NCBI GenBank assembly: GCA_045627785.1
Contig: JAZQOF010000047.1
Location: forward strand, 50,199-114,198
Origin: Bacteroidales bacterium
Lineage (GTDB): Bacteria; Bacteroidota; Bacteroidia; Bacteroidales; UBA3663
DNA length: 64,000 nt
Direction of reading: 5' to 3'
Below the pieces are notes generated by a model that searched no databases, was not told where the DNA came from, and worked only from the letters and a program-made list of their open reading frames with translations. This document shows, piece by piece, positions 53,992-64,000 of this stretch. The first letter of the stretch is position 1. Every line of letters begins with the position of its first letter. The translations under genes were made by a program, and so were the position numbers.

Positions 53992-53999
53992 TATATTTG
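53992..53999 (+). promoter_or_regulatory. -7 box TATATTTG
   Basis: Matches TAnnTTTG, 25 nt upstream of the ATG at 54024. Confidence 0.45.
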
Positions 54000-54023
54000 C
54001 GACAAATAATAAAATATCGTAAT

Positions 54024-54917
54024 ATGGGAAAATCATTTTGGAAAGAGCTTTTGATACTCTTATGGTTCACATTTCTGGGAATAATGCTCACAGGAATACT
54101 GAGTTTTATTGCTATGGCAGTATTGAAGGTTTCATTTGGAATAGATTCGCTTACTCTACATGTTGTTCAGTGGCTGCAGACGATCTTTGTGATGTTCATA
54201 CCTCCAATATTGTGGTATAGGAGACGAACAAAAAAGAATCCGTTCAGGGATTTCGGCTTCTGCTCTTTTAATTGGAAGTATGCGATTTATGCAGTAATAT
54301 TTATCTTTATTTGTGAACCTGCTATTGAGCTTATTGAGCTTATGTTCCATTATCTCCCATTGCCAGAAGCTATCAGAGAGTCATTCCAGCAATCGGCGTT
54401 GGAAAACTTTAATGTGATGAGTGAGCTGATGTCAGGAGATAGTTTCTTTGCTTGGGTTGAACAGATTCTTCTGATTTCGATATTCACAGGAATCGCAGAG
54501 GAAACGATGTTCCGTGGTGGTTTGTTGAAATGCTTCGACTCATCGACTTGGAACAAGCACAAGGTGGCAGTTGCAATAGGTTTCATTTTTGCTGCAATAC
54601 ATTTTGAACCAGAAGGATTTGTCGCACGTTGGCTTTTGGGATCGTTGCTATGCTATTTCGTGTATTGGAGCGGCAGCATCTGGCCAGCAATCATTGCTCA
54701 TGCGGCAAATAATCTGTTGGCTTTAATTCAGTATAAGATCTACGGTTATGGTAATCCTCTTGCCGAAGACGCTTATGAACTCACGTTCGGATGGGTAGTT
54801 TCGATAATTTCGGTCGTTGCTACAATCGCATTTATCTATTATATACAGAAACAAGCTGTATCTTTGCCAGAACCTGTGGAGGAAGAACCTGAGACAGTAG
54901 AACCAAAGTCAGAATGA
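54024..54917 (+). CDS. CPBP-family intramembrane glutamic endopeptidase (CAAX protease-like)
   Basis: AEETMFRG, FAAIHF and IIAHAANN motifs in a multi-TM protein. The ATG at 54024 is preferred over the TTG-type track start. Confidence 0.8.
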   Translation: MGKSFWKELLILLWFTFLGIMLTGILSFIAMAVLKVSFGIDSLTLHVVQWLQTIFVMFIPPILWYRRRTKKNPFRDFGFCSFNWKYAIYAVIFIFICEPAIELIELMFHYLPLPEAIRESFQQSALENFNVMSELMSGDSFFAWVEQILLISIFTGIAEETMFRGGLLKCFDSSTWNKHKVAVAIGFIFAAIHFEPEGFVARWLLGSLLCYFVYWSGSIWPAIIAHAANNLLALIQYKIYGYGNPLAEDAYELTFGWVVSIISVVATIAFIYYIQKQAVSLPEPVEEEPETVEPKSE

Positions 54918-56299
54918 AACAGAAAACAGCATTTTTTTGCAACTCATGTGGATGTGAAGAACCGAAATGGTTTGGAAGATGTCCGTCGTGCGGTGAGTGG
55001 GGTACTTGTGTCGAAGAGTCGGTAGTGACAAAGGCTGGAAAGAGCAAGGGCTCGCACTCTGGTGCATTGACTCTGCCTGGACAGAAAGAAAAGCCGAAAA
55101 AGTTGAGCGAGATAGAAGCTCGCGAGGAGGCTCGAATCGATATGCATGACGCAGAACTGAACCGTGTGCTCGGTGGAGGTCTTGTACCAGGTTCGATGGT
55201 TTTGCTTGGTGGTGATCCAGGTATAGGCAAATCTACTCTCGTGCTCCAGACGGTGATGAATACCATCGACAAGAAGATTCTTTATGTGTCGGGCGAAGAG
55301 TCGGCTTATCAGCTGAAGTTACGCGCTCAGAGACTTTCGCCTAACGGAGAGTATCATGAGAACTGCTACATAGTATGTGAGACAAATCTTGATGATATTT
55401 TTGCCCATGTATCTAATGTTCAACCAGATATTGTAATCATAGATTCGATACAAACAATAGCTACCGATGACCTTGAGTCGGCAGCCGGAAGTGTGGGACA
55501 GGTGCGCGAATGTGCTGCAAGAATATTGAAGTTTGCAAAGGAAAGTGCAACTCCTGTGATCCTTATCGGACATATAACCAAGGAAGGCAATATCGCAGGT
55601 CCAAAGGTGCTTGAACATATTGTTGATACTGTGCTTCAGTTTGAAGGAGACCAGCATTATATGTATCGTATATTGCGTGCAATAAAGAACCGTTTCGGTT
55701 CGACGTCGGAACTTGGAATATACGAGATGCTCGGCACAGGATTACGTCAGGTAACCAATCCGTCAGAGTTGCTTCTTTCGACTCAGCACCAAGGTTTGAG
55801 TGGCGTTGCCATTGCCGCTGCAGTCGAAGGTATGAGACCATTTTTGATTGAGACACAAAGCCTTGTGAGCAGTTCTGCCTATGCTACACCAATGCGCAGT
55901 TCGACAGGATTTGACAGCCGTCGCTTGAATATGCTGTTGGCAGTGCTTGAGAAGAAAGTCGGTTTTAAGCTTGGACAGAAAGATGTGTTCCTGAATATCG
56001 CCGGAGGTCTTAAGGTCAACGATCCGGCAATGGATCTCGCTGTGATTTCGGCTGTGATTTCGAGCAATATGGATATGGCAATCGACATGCAGACATGTAT
56101 GACTGGAGAGGTCGGACTTTCTGGTGAGATTCGTCCAGTTTCTCGCATCGAACAAAGGATAATGGAAGCCGAGAAACTTGGGTTTAATAGGATATTGATT
56201 CCTCAAGGTTCGATAAAATCTCTTGATGTCAAGAAACTTAGGATTGAAGTTTGTTCGGTGTCGAGAGTAGATGAAGCATTCAGACTTTTATTTAAATGA
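54914..56299 (+). CDS. radA: DNA repair protein RadA/Sms
   Basis: N-terminal zinc ribbon CNSCGCEEPKWFGRCPSCGEW, Walker A GDPGIGKST, KNRFG motif and a Lon-like C-terminal domain. Confidence 0.92.
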   Translation: MKQKTAFFCNSCGCEEPKWFGRCPSCGEWGTCVEESVVTKAGKSKGSHSGALTLPGQKEKPKKLSEIEAREEARIDMHDAELNRVLGGGLVPGSMVLLGGDPGIGKSTLVLQTVMNTIDKKILYVSGEESAYQLKLRAQRLSPNGEYHENCYIVCETNLDDIFAHVSNVQPDIVIIDSIQTIATDDLESAAGSVGQVRECAARILKFAKESATPVILIGHITKEGNIAGPKVLEHIVDTVLQFEGDQHYMYRILRAIKNRFGSTSELGIYEMLGTGLRQVTNPSELLLSTQHQGLSGVAIAAAVEGMRPFLIETQSLVSSSAYATPMRSSTGFDSRRLNMLLAVLEKKVGFKLGQKDVFLNIAGGLKVNDPAMDLAVISAVISSNMDMAIDMQTCMTGEVGLSGEIRPVSRIEQRIMEAEKLGFNRILIPQGSIKSLDVKKLRIEVCSVSRVDEAFRLLFK

Positions 56300-57912
56300 T
56301 AAAGAATATAAAGATTCGAGTAAAGCCTGAGGTGTGGGCTGATCCTGAAAAGCTGGAAGCGGAGATTGCGCAGCAGAATGCAATCTCGCGTAAAGCATTG
56401 AAAGGCATCAGAACCCTGCATAGGAGCATTGATGCACGTCAACGTCAAGTGATGATTCAACTTGATGTCGATGTGTATATAAATGAGATGCCTCCAAAGG
56501 AACTTTTTACTCCAAAGCAATATAAAGAGGTAAAAGGCGACAAACAGGCTATCGTTGTAGGATTAGGTCCTGGAGGTTTGTTTGCAGCACTAAAACTTAT
56601 AGAACTCGGCGTTAAGCCAATTGTCCTGGAACGCGGAAAGAATGTGACTGACCGTCGTAGGGATGTCGCACTTATTACCCGAGAACAAAAAGTCGATCCG
56701 GAGTCGAACTTCTGTTTTGGCGAAGGTGGAGCAGGAGCTTTTAGTGATGGAAAACTTTTCACAAGAAGCAAGAAAAGAGGTAATGCTCAACAGGTATTGG
56801 AAAGACTTTGTCAGTTCGGAGCAGATACAGGAATCCTCAATGCAGCGCATCCGCATATCGGAACAGATCGTCTTCCTGCTGTTATCGCAGCAATAAGGGA
56901 AGAGATTTTGAGATGTGGCGGAGAAATACATTTTGAAACTTGTATGTCTGCGTTGCTGCTAGATAAAAAACAGAAAGTGTGCGGTGTGAGAAGCCGCGAC
57001 GGACGAGAGTTTTCCGGACCTGTGGTTCTGGCAACAGGACATTCTGCCCGTGATGTATATCGCATGTTATATACCGAGCAGATTCCTATTGAGACAAAAG
57101 GTATTGCTATTGGCGTTCGTCTCGAACATCCGCAACAACTCATTGATCAGATACAGTATCACAGCAAAGAGGGCAGAGGAAAATATCTGCCAGCTGCCGA
57201 ATATAGCTTTGTGACACAGGCGCAAGGTAGAGGCGTTTACAGTTTCTGTATGTGCCCGGGTGGTGTTGTCGTCCCATCTGCAACAGGTCCTGAGCAAGTT
57301 GTCGTTAATGGTATGTCGGCTTCTTCCCGAGGCTCAAAATGGGCAAATTCTGCAATGGTTGTAGAGATTCGTCCTGACGATATGACTTCTGGTCAGTTTG
57401 CTCTTGAAACTAGCGAGATTCAGACACGATATAATGATTTGGTGAAAGGTGATGTGATGCAGAGTCCTTTGGCTGTCATGGCTTTACAGGAAGAGATAGA
57501 GCGACAGACATGGTTGAATGGAGGACGCACTCAGGTAGCTCCTGCGCAGCGAATGCTCGACTTCGTTAAAGGTCGATTATCGGCTGATCTCCCGCAATCA
57601 TCATATACTCCAGGCGTGGTGGCTTCGCCATTACATTTCTGGATGCCTAAGTTTATCAGTAGCCGATTGAAGGAAGGCTTGGATCATTTCGGCCGGAATG
57701 CAAGAGGCTTTCTCACCAATGATGCAATGTTGATTGCAAGCGAGACAAGAACATCTTCCCCAGTGCGTATTCCAAGAGATAGAGAGTTGCTTGTACATCC
57801 GACAATCCCTGGACTTTATCCTTGTGGAGAAGGTGCCGGATTTGCCGGAGGTATAGTGAGTGCTGCAATGGATGGTGAAAGATGTGCAGAAGCCTTGGTA
57901 GCTAGCTTATGA
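56296..57912 (+). CDS. FAD-dependent oxidoreductase (COG2509-like)
   Basis: VVGLGPGGLFAA dinucleotide motif. ATGA overlap with radA. Confidence 0.7.
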   Translation: MIKNIKIRVKPEVWADPEKLEAEIAQQNAISRKALKGIRTLHRSIDARQRQVMIQLDVDVYINEMPPKELFTPKQYKEVKGDKQAIVVGLGPGGLFAALKLIELGVKPIVLERGKNVTDRRRDVALITREQKVDPESNFCFGEGGAGAFSDGKLFTRSKKRGNAQQVLERLCQFGADTGILNAAHPHIGTDRLPAVIAAIREEILRCGGEIHFETCMSALLLDKKQKVCGVRSRDGREFSGPVVLATGHSARDVYRMLYTEQIPIETKGIAIGVRLEHPQQLIDQIQYHSKEGRGKYLPAAEYSFVTQAQGRGVYSFCMCPGGVVVPSATGPEQVVVNGMSASSRGSKWANSAMVVEIRPDDMTSGQFALETSEIQTRYNDLVKGDVMQSPLAVMALQEEIERQTWLNGGRTQVAPAQRMLDFVKGRLSADLPQSSYTPGVVASPLHFWMPKFISSRLKEGLDHFGRNARGFLTNDAMLIASETRTSSPVRIPRDRELLVHPTIPGLYPCGEGAGFAGGIVSAAMDGERCAEALVASL

Positions 57913-57931
57913 TTTACAGATTATAGAAGAT

Positions 57932-58606
57932 TTATTGGTATAATTGTACAAGGCTGCAGGCAGCTAAGACAATAACTGTTGCAAGAATCGTGGTGATTAT
58001 GAGCCACGGTTCTTTTTTATTGTCGGTTATACGGAGGTCTTCGTTTATGAATCGGCAATATAAGTAATGTATCAAAACCACGATGACAATTCCGAGTGTC
58101 AAACCTCCGAGGATATCTCCGAGATAGTGTACTCCTAGATATATGCGGCTATAGCATGTTGTCAGTACCCAGAGTATCATTGTAGTACAGAGTATGCGTG
58201 TGCGGTAGAGAAGACAGAGCCACAAGCCAAGCCCGATACTATTGGCTGCATGTGATGACACAAATCCGAACATACCGCCTTTGTAATCATTGACATAGTG
58301 CAGCATTCCTTCTATATCGCTATGCGATGGACGAGGTCTCTCTACCCAGTGTTTGATGAGACCAGACGAGATACGATCTGCCAAGAGAATAATCAGGACA
58401 ATGAACAAGACATTGATAGCAAGAGATATCCATTTGCTTTTGTCACTCTTGCCAGAGATAAACAACTGGATGATTATTGCTACATAAGAGGCTATCCATG
58501 TTGTTTTTGCGCTGAACAGATAAAGAAACTGGTCAAGCCACGCGCCTCCATCGAAATTGAGGAAGAGCATGATCTCCTTGTCGTATAAGTCGAGTGTCTC
58601 AATCAT
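57932..58606 (-). CDS. PAP2-family phosphatase (membrane)
   Basis: KHWVERPRP, SSHAA and SRIYLGVHYLGD motifs. The ATG at 58606 forms an ATGA overlap with the upstream stop; the track start at 58618 is a TTG. Confidence 0.8.
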   Translation of the reverse strand: MIETLDLYDKEIMLFLNFDGGAWLDQFLYLFSAKTTWIASYVAIIIQLFISGKSDKSKWISLAINVLFIVLIILLADRISSGLIKHWVERPRPSHSDIEGMLHYVNDYKGGMFGFVSSHAANSIGLGLWLCLLYRTRILCTTMILWVLTTCYSRIYLGVHYLGDILGGLTLGIVIVVLIHYLYCRFINEDLRITDNKKEPWLIITTILATVIVLAACSLVQLYQ

Positions 58607-59556
58607 TTTGCTATCCAATTTTTGTTGTAAACTTCAAATTCTCCGTTATAGTACATATCCTCTTTCTCAGGAATAAGGATTGTGTAGGTCTTTCCGGTCT
58701 TGTTGGTGAGCTTATCATCACGAAGCCAGGGATTGAATTCTTTCAGATGGTAGTATGAGATACCGTATTTCTCAGCAAAGGAAGTCATGTTGGCAATACT
58801 GCCACTAAATTTGATTTCCTTACATTTGATTGGTTTGTAGAACTGATCTTTCTCAAGAATAAAACCATAGTGATAAGGGTCGCGCATCACTTCCTTCATT
58901 GCCATGAGTCGGAACATATATCGGGAAGTTTCTTCGACCAGAAGAAGGTCGATGGCTGACTGCTGGTTTTGTGCAGAGAGTTTGCGGGAGATGCCTGCCT
59001 GACCAGCATTGTATGAAGCGCAGACGGTTAGCCAGTCATGGTACTTCTCGTATGCTTGTCGCAGATATTTGCATGCGGCACGAGTTGCTTTTTCGACATT
59101 GTATCTCTCATCTACCTCTGAATTTACTTCAAGTCCGAACTGCCTTCCGGTTTCGGCCATAAACTGCCAGATTCCTGCTGCCTTAGCAGGAGATATGGCA
59201 CGAGTGTTCATAGAACTCTCGATACAAGCCAGATAAATAAGATCCTCTGGCATTCCTTCCTGCTTGAGTATCGGACAAATGATAGGAAAAAGACGGTTTG
59301 CTCGCTTGATGGTTAAGATTGTAGTGTTGTGCGTGTAGCACATATTTGTGAGCTCACGTTCGTATCTTTCATGCAGATCGTAACGCGAAAGATCAATCTT
59401 TTTGCCGAAGATCTCTATCTCATTCGGGAAACGAGGGGTGGCAGAGAAAGACTGCATCTGAGGTAATTGTGGATTTGTCGTCTCTGTCTCGCTGAATGAT
59501 ATGCAGGCATAGGCAGAGATGAGAAGCAGGAGGGATGCTATGATAATGTTCTTCAT
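58603..59556 (-). CDS. lytic transglycosylase (SLT domain, MltD-like)
   Basis: It has a signal peptide. The catalytic region reads LACIESSMNTRAISPAKAAGIWQFM with AYNAG downstream. Confidence 0.8.
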   Translation of the reverse strand: MKNIIIASLLLLISAYACISFSETETTNPQLPQMQSFSATPRFPNEIEIFGKKIDLSRYDLHERYERELTNMCYTHNTTILTIKRANRLFPIICPILKQEGMPEDLIYLACIESSMNTRAISPAKAAGIWQFMAETGRQFGLEVNSEVDERYNVEKATRAACKYLRQAYEKYHDWLTVCASYNAGQAGISRKLSAQNQQSAIDLLLVEETSRYMFRLMAMKEVMRDPYHYGFILEKDQFYKPIKCKEIKFSGSIANMTSFAEKYGISYYHLKEFNPWLRDDKLTNKTGKTYTILIPEKEDMYYNGEFEVYNKNWIAK

Positions 59557-59557
59557 G

Positions 59558-60589
59558 CTATTTAATATTGTCTGTTACGCGGGCAAATGCTGGGGCATCG
59601 TAAGGACAGAAATCTCGATCTTCATATTTGTGCTGACCTACAATTGCAATCATCGCAGCATTGTCGGTTGTGAACGAGAACTTTGGAAGGTGTACTGTCC
59701 ATCCATAACGCTTTGCATGGTCGAGAAAAGCATTTCGCACTCCACTATTAGCAGATACGCCACCGGCAACGGCAACTTCCTTGATACCAGTTTCTTTTAC
59801 GGCTTTTTTTACTTTGTCCATCAAAATGTCAACGATGGTCTTTTGCAATGAAGCACATAGATCGGCTTTGTTCTCTTCGATGAAGTTGGGATTCTCTTTG
59901 ACTGCATCACGGAGAGTGTAGAGGAACGACGTCTTGAGGCCGCTGAAACTATAATCCAAGTCCTTGATATGTGGCTTTGCAAACTTGAATTTATTTGCAT
60001 CGCCTTCTTTGGCAAGACGGTCAATTACCGGACCGCCAGGATATCCTAATCCCATCACCTTTGCACATTTGTCGAAAGCTTCTCCTGCTGCGTCGTCTAT
60101 AGTTTGTCCGATAACCTGCATGTCTTTATAGGAATTAACTCTTATTATCTGGCTATTTCCACCGGAAACAAGTAGACATAGGAAAGGATACTTTGGAAGT
60201 GGTTTTTCGAGATTGTCCTGTTCGAGAACGAAATGAGCCATCACATGTCCTTGAAGATGGTTGACATCAATCATAGGAATCTGTAGAGCTGATGCCAGAC
60301 CTTTGGCAAACGATAATCCTACAAGAAGAGAACCCATAAGACCAGGTCCACGTGTAAATGCTATGGCTGAGAGATCGGATGGCTTGATGCCTGCTCGCTT
60401 GATAGCTTCGGAAACTACTGGTACAATGTTTTGCTGGTGGGCGCGTGAGGCCAATTCCGGTACCACTCCGCCATAGGCTTCATGTACCGCTTGACTGGCT
60501 ATGACATTAGACAACAAGACACCGTCCTTGAGTACGGCAGCACTTGTGTCATCGCAAGAAGATTCAATTCCTAATATGATTGTTGACAT
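59558..60589 (-). CDS. tsaD: tRNA N6-adenosine threonylcarbamoyltransferase
   Basis: ILGIESSCDDTSAAV, HLQGHV and GGVSAN motifs. Confidence 0.92.
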   Translation of the reverse strand: MSTIILGIESSCDDTSAAVLKDGVLLSNVIASQAVHEAYGGVVPELASRAHQQNIVPVVSEAIKRAGIKPSDLSAIAFTRGPGLMGSLLVGLSFAKGLASALQIPMIDVNHLQGHVMAHFVLEQDNLEKPLPKYPFLCLLVSGGNSQIIRVNSYKDMQVIGQTIDDAAGEAFDKCAKVMGLGYPGGPVIDRLAKEGDANKFKFAKPHIKDLDYSFSGLKTSFLYTLRDAVKENPNFIEENKADLCASLQKTIVDILMDKVKKAVKETGIKEVAVAGGVSANSGVRNAFLDHAKRYGWTVHLPKFSFTTDNAAMIAIVGQHKYEDRDFCPYDAPAFARVTDNIK

Positions 60590-60746
60590 AAACTTTCTAT
60601 TTATAATGTGGCGAAGATAGTATAATTACCTGAATTTTCAAAAGATTTTCTTAAAAATTACTTATAAAGTAAAATATAACCAATAAATCTTGGAAATGAC
60701 GCATAAAAGCCTTAACTTTGCAAATCAATTGCAGAAAAAACAAGCT

Positions 60747-62315
60747 ATGTTGAAGAAAATATCTATAACTCTCGTCATGATGCTCACAGCGCTGAGTATT
60801 TTTGCAGAAACTAGACAGCATCTGATCAAACCGGGCGAGACCTTATATTCGCTTTCCAAATTGTATAATGTCACAGTTGAGGCTATCCTTGAAATAAATC
60901 CTTCGGTTGAAGGTACAAACATCAAGGCTGGTATGATGCTCAATATCCCTGATCCGATTACTCCTGCTGCGGAAGTTAAAAAAACTGTTGTGGAGAATAA
61001 TACCGAGGAGGTGAAGAATAAAGAAAAAGGGAAAAAGGGTATTTTCTCAATTTTTGGAAAGAAAGATAAAAAAGACAAGAAGAATAAGAAACAGGCAGAA
61101 GAACCTGCAACTACTGTAACTGCTCCTGTTGTAGTTAAGTCGGAAGAAGTGGTTGAGCAGAAAGTTCTGCAACCAGTAGGACCAGTGAAACGTGTTAAGG
61201 CATATGGCGCCCCTGATAATATTGTTGTGATTCTTCCATTCAAGCTTGACTCAAAGAATGCGGCAGAAGACAAACTCCAGATGCGCTCAGTTGAGTTTTA
61301 CGAAGGCTTCCTTCTCGCTGTTGACGAGGCTCAGAAAGCCGGTCAGCGCATTTTGATACAGACTTATGATCTCGGAACAAAATCCATGTCAGAGATTCTT
61401 GCAACACAATCGTTGAAGGATGCAGATATGATTATTGCTCCTATGGATGCTAAGGATGTAGAAGAAGTTGCAGAATTCGGAAAAGCTAATGATATTAATG
61501 TGGTAAGTGCTTTCGCATTTAATCAGGAGTTGTCAAAAGATAATCCTAATCTCATTCAACTCAATACATCAAAGGCTTTGTTATATGACAATCTTACTAA
61601 AGAGGTTTTGACCCGATTCAAATATAATGAGATAGTATTTCTTACAGATAGTAATGCTGTGTCAAAGACAGATCCTTATGCAGAATTGCTGAAAAAGGAA
61701 ATGGCTTCTCATTCTGTTAAATACCACGAGTTTACTTACAAGAATCCAGAAAAGCTCGCCACAATCGAGAGGGTTTTGAGAATTCCTGATGGAAGTAATA
61801 TTCTCTATATTCCAACATTCAACAGCAAAGATGCTTTGCGCAAGATGTTCCCAAGCTTGAAGTGTACTGCGTTCGAAGAGGTGGATGGAGAGATGATTCC
61901 AAGGACATCGAACAGCAAGATCTCTATTCTTGGATATCCGGAATGGGTTCTTTATACAAGTGACTTCATGAACGATTACTATGACATGAATGTTCATATG
62001 TTCTCTAAGTTCTATGTCAATCCGTTCGATGAACGGGTAAAGGCTTTCTATCGTAAGTTCCATTACTGGTTCGATAAAGATCCAATGCCTTTGACTCCTC
62101 GCTATGCTTTATTGGGTTATGATATAGGAACATATTTCCTTGCAGCGATTCGTAAGTATGGTATGAACTTCAATGAACATCTTGGAGAATTCTCAAAAGA
62201 AACGCTTCAGTCAATGATGAGTTTTGAGAGAGATGGACAGGGGTGGTTGAACAAAGGTTTGTATCTCGTGAATTTCCAACCTTCAACACAGATAGAAAAG
62301 TATGAGATTAAGTAA
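60747..62315 (+). CDS. LysM-domain protein fused to a periplasmic-binding-fold domain
   Basis: The ATG at 60747 gives a signal peptide. The LysM segment reads HLIKPGETLYSLSKLYNVTVEAILEINP. It is followed by a Lys-rich linker and a PBP-like C-terminal part. Confidence 0.65.
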   Translation: MLKKISITLVMMLTALSIFAETRQHLIKPGETLYSLSKLYNVTVEAILEINPSVEGTNIKAGMMLNIPDPITPAAEVKKTVVENNTEEVKNKEKGKKGIFSIFGKKDKKDKKNKKQAEEPATTVTAPVVVKSEEVVEQKVLQPVGPVKRVKAYGAPDNIVVILPFKLDSKNAAEDKLQMRSVEFYEGFLLAVDEAQKAGQRILIQTYDLGTKSMSEILATQSLKDADMIIAPMDAKDVEEVAEFGKANDINVVSAFAFNQELSKDNPNLIQLNTSKALLYDNLTKEVLTRFKYNEIVFLTDSNAVSKTDPYAELLKKEMASHSVKYHEFTYKNPEKLATIERVLRIPDGSNILYIPTFNSKDALRKMFPSLKCTAFEEVDGEMIPRTSNSKISILGYPEWVLYTSDFMNDYYDMNVHMFSKFYVNPFDERVKAFYRKFHYWFDKDPMPLTPRYALLGYDIGTYFLAAIRKYGMNFNEHLGEFSKETLQSMMSFERDGQGWLNKGLYLVNFQPSTQIEKYEIK

Positions 62316-63051
62316 ATACTTCTTACTTTTACTCTGTTTTATAACTAGTGTTTCTGTGTCTGTTGCGCAGAAACGAATTGCTCGTGAAGTGCATCTTGGT
62401 GTTGTAGGTGGTGCAACATTGAGTAATTACCGCATGAATCCGAATGTTACTCAATCCTTTTCACAAGGCTTTACATTCGGTATTGCTGCCCGTTATATTG
62501 AAGAAAACCATTTCGGCTTGGCGGCAGAATTGCTATTTAATCAGCGAGGTCTTAAAGATCAGTTTGACGTTGATCTTTATCCAAATTTGAGTTTTGAGAG
62601 AAAGATCAACTATCTGGAGTTGCCTATTCTTGCAGATATCTATTTCAATCTAGGATCAAGAAATGTGATATCGTTGGATCTTGGACCAAAACTCGGATTC
62701 TACCTTTCTGACAGTAGCACATCAAAACTTGAAGGCGACGAATGGAAAAAAGCACAGAGCTCGGTATATCATGCCTATAAGCATCACACGGAGCCTATAA
62801 CCAAGAAGTTTGATTATGGTATTCAGATTAATGCAGGCTATGAATTCAAGTTCTCCAAACAGATAAGCCTTCAGCTTCAGGGAAGGTATTATTTCGGTTT
62901 GGGAAATATGTTCTCCGACAAGAAATCTGATGCTTTCGATAATTCTGCAAATCAGCAGATTCAGATCACAGCTACAATCTGGTATCGTACACAGATTGCA
63001 AAGTTCTTGATCAAAAGACAAATGAATAAAGAATTAAATAAAAGAAAATGA
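62302..63051 (+). CDS. outer-membrane beta-barrel (porin/PorT-like family) protein
   Basis: It has a signal peptide, alternating beta-strand pattern and a YLELPILA segment typical of the OMP_b-brl_2 family. Confidence 0.65.
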   Translation: MRLSKYFLLLLCFITSVSVSVAQKRIAREVHLGVVGGATLSNYRMNPNVTQSFSQGFTFGIAARYIEENHFGLAAELLFNQRGLKDQFDVDLYPNLSFERKINYLELPILADIYFNLGSRNVISLDLGPKLGFYLSDSSTSKLEGDEWKKAQSSVYHAYKHHTEPITKKFDYGIQINAGYEFKFSKQISLQLQGRYYFGLGNMFSDKKSDAFDNSANQQIQITATIWYRTQIAKFLIKRQMNKELNKRK

Positions 63052-63950
63052 ATATTCTCGTAACAGGCGCAAACGGACAGTTGGGTAATGAGATGCGCAT
63101 TGTGTCTAAGTCAACTACAGACAATTATATCTTTACAGATGTCAATCAGGTAGAGGGTCTTGAAACTACATTTCTTGACATAACAAATCTTGATGCCATT
63201 CGTGAAATTGTGGCAGCTAATAATGTCAAAGCAATTGTCAATTGTGCCGCATATACAAATGTGGATGCAGCAGAAACAAATGAGGCGTTGGCAGAAAAAC
63301 TGAATGCAGATGCTCCTGAGAATTTAGCATTGGCAATGAAGGAAGTTGGCGGTTTGCTTGTTCAGATCTCTACCGACTATGTGTTTGGTAAAGAACCATA
63401 TAATGTGCCTTGTAAAGAGGATCAGAAAGGTACTCCAACAGGTGTGTATGGTATGACAAAGTTGCATGGTGAACAGAAGATAATCGCTACTGGAGTTGAT
63501 CATGTTATTATTCGTACAGCTTGGCTTTATAGTGAGTTCGGTAAGAATTTCTGTAAGACAATGCTTAATCTTACAGCTACAAAACCTGCATTGAAGGTTG
63601 TGTTCGATCAGGTCGGTACTCCAACTTATGCGCTTGATTTGGCAAATGCAATTCAGGTTGTTCTTGAGAACTACAAGAATTCTTCTGATTCTACTTGGAA
63701 TGCAACTGGTGTTTATCACTACAGTAATGAGGGCGTTTGTTCCTGGTTCGACTTTACAAAGATGATTGCGGAATATTCTGGACAGACAGAATGTGATGTT
63801 CAGCCTTGTCACAGCAATGAATTCCCAAGTCCTGTAACTCGTCCTTCTTATTCTGTTCTCGACAAGACAAAGATCAAGGAAGTCTTTGGTGTGAAGGTAC
63901 CATATTGGACAGACTCGCTTAAGGTTTGTATCAAAAATTTAAAGGCCTGA
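63048..63950 (+). CDS. rfbD: dTDP-4-dehydrorhamnose reductase
   Basis: ILVTGANGQLG Rossmann motif, STDYVF and YGMTK (YxxxK). Confidence 0.88.
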   Translation: MNILVTGANGQLGNEMRIVSKSTTDNYIFTDVNQVEGLETTFLDITNLDAIREIVAANNVKAIVNCAAYTNVDAAETNEALAEKLNADAPENLALAMKEVGGLLVQISTDYVFGKEPYNVPCKEDQKGTPTGVYGMTKLHGEQKIIATGVDHVIIRTAWLYSEFGKNFCKTMLNLTATKPALKVVFDQVGTPTYALDLANAIQVVLENYKNSSDSTWNATGVYHYSNEGVCSWFDFTKMIAEYSGQTECDVQPCHSNEFPSPVTRPSYSVLDKTKIKEVFGVKVPYWTDSLKVCIKNLKA

Positions 63951-63953
63951 GCA

Positions 63954-64000
63954 ATGGGTGTAGTTATCCGTCAGTCACTCAAAGGTACCTTTGTTAATTA
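63954..64000 (+). CDS. 5' end of a further CDS (possibly polysaccharide flippase-like), cut by window edge
   Basis: The ATG lies 4 nt after the rfbD stop. Only 15 codons (MGVVIRQSLKGTFVN) are visible. Confidence 0.3.
   Translation, partial: MGVVIRQSLKGTFVN

Overview
This is a 64-kb chromosomal window with Bacteroidota hallmarks, most likely a Prevotella-type Bacteroidales. The hallmarks are TAnnTTTG -7 promoter boxes, many lipobox lipoproteins, a T9SS C-terminal sorting domain, GH3/GH9 glycoside hydrolases and a sulfatase/anSME pair. I call about 44 protein-coding genes, 2 tRNAs (Val-TAC, Leu-CAG), one pseudogene and several repeat families. The stand-out is a 20.3-kb minus-strand operon (6203..26496). 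It encodes a DUF3575-like outer-membrane barrel protein, a lipoprotein, and three paralogous type-V-pilin-like lipoproteins with Arg-Ala processing sites. It ends in two secreted YGGG-repeat beta-helix-like proteins of 706 and 3779 aa. The giant one ends in a T9SS C-terminal domain. A T16 homopolymer abuts a -7-like box upstream of this operon, which makes it a phase-variation candidate. The second accessory region (37.0-41.9 kb) holds a frameshifted and truncated RhuM-like gene. Next to it is a 4.2-kb AT-richer cassette bracketed by three copies of a palindrome-containing repeat. The cassette encodes two PD-(D/E)XK nuclease-like ORFs plus a C5-cytosine methyltransferase with an oversized variable region and an unassigned ~170-aa C-terminal domain. 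Other points of note are a PurF-like enzyme lacking its Cys1 nucleophile and overlapping an intact class-I amidotransferase, an S51-peptidase/ATP-grasp/esterase triad, a 42-bp-period repeat family at two loci 30 kb apart, and AATTATS heptamer arrays flanking trxB. All family assignments come from motif recognition by eye; no database search was run.
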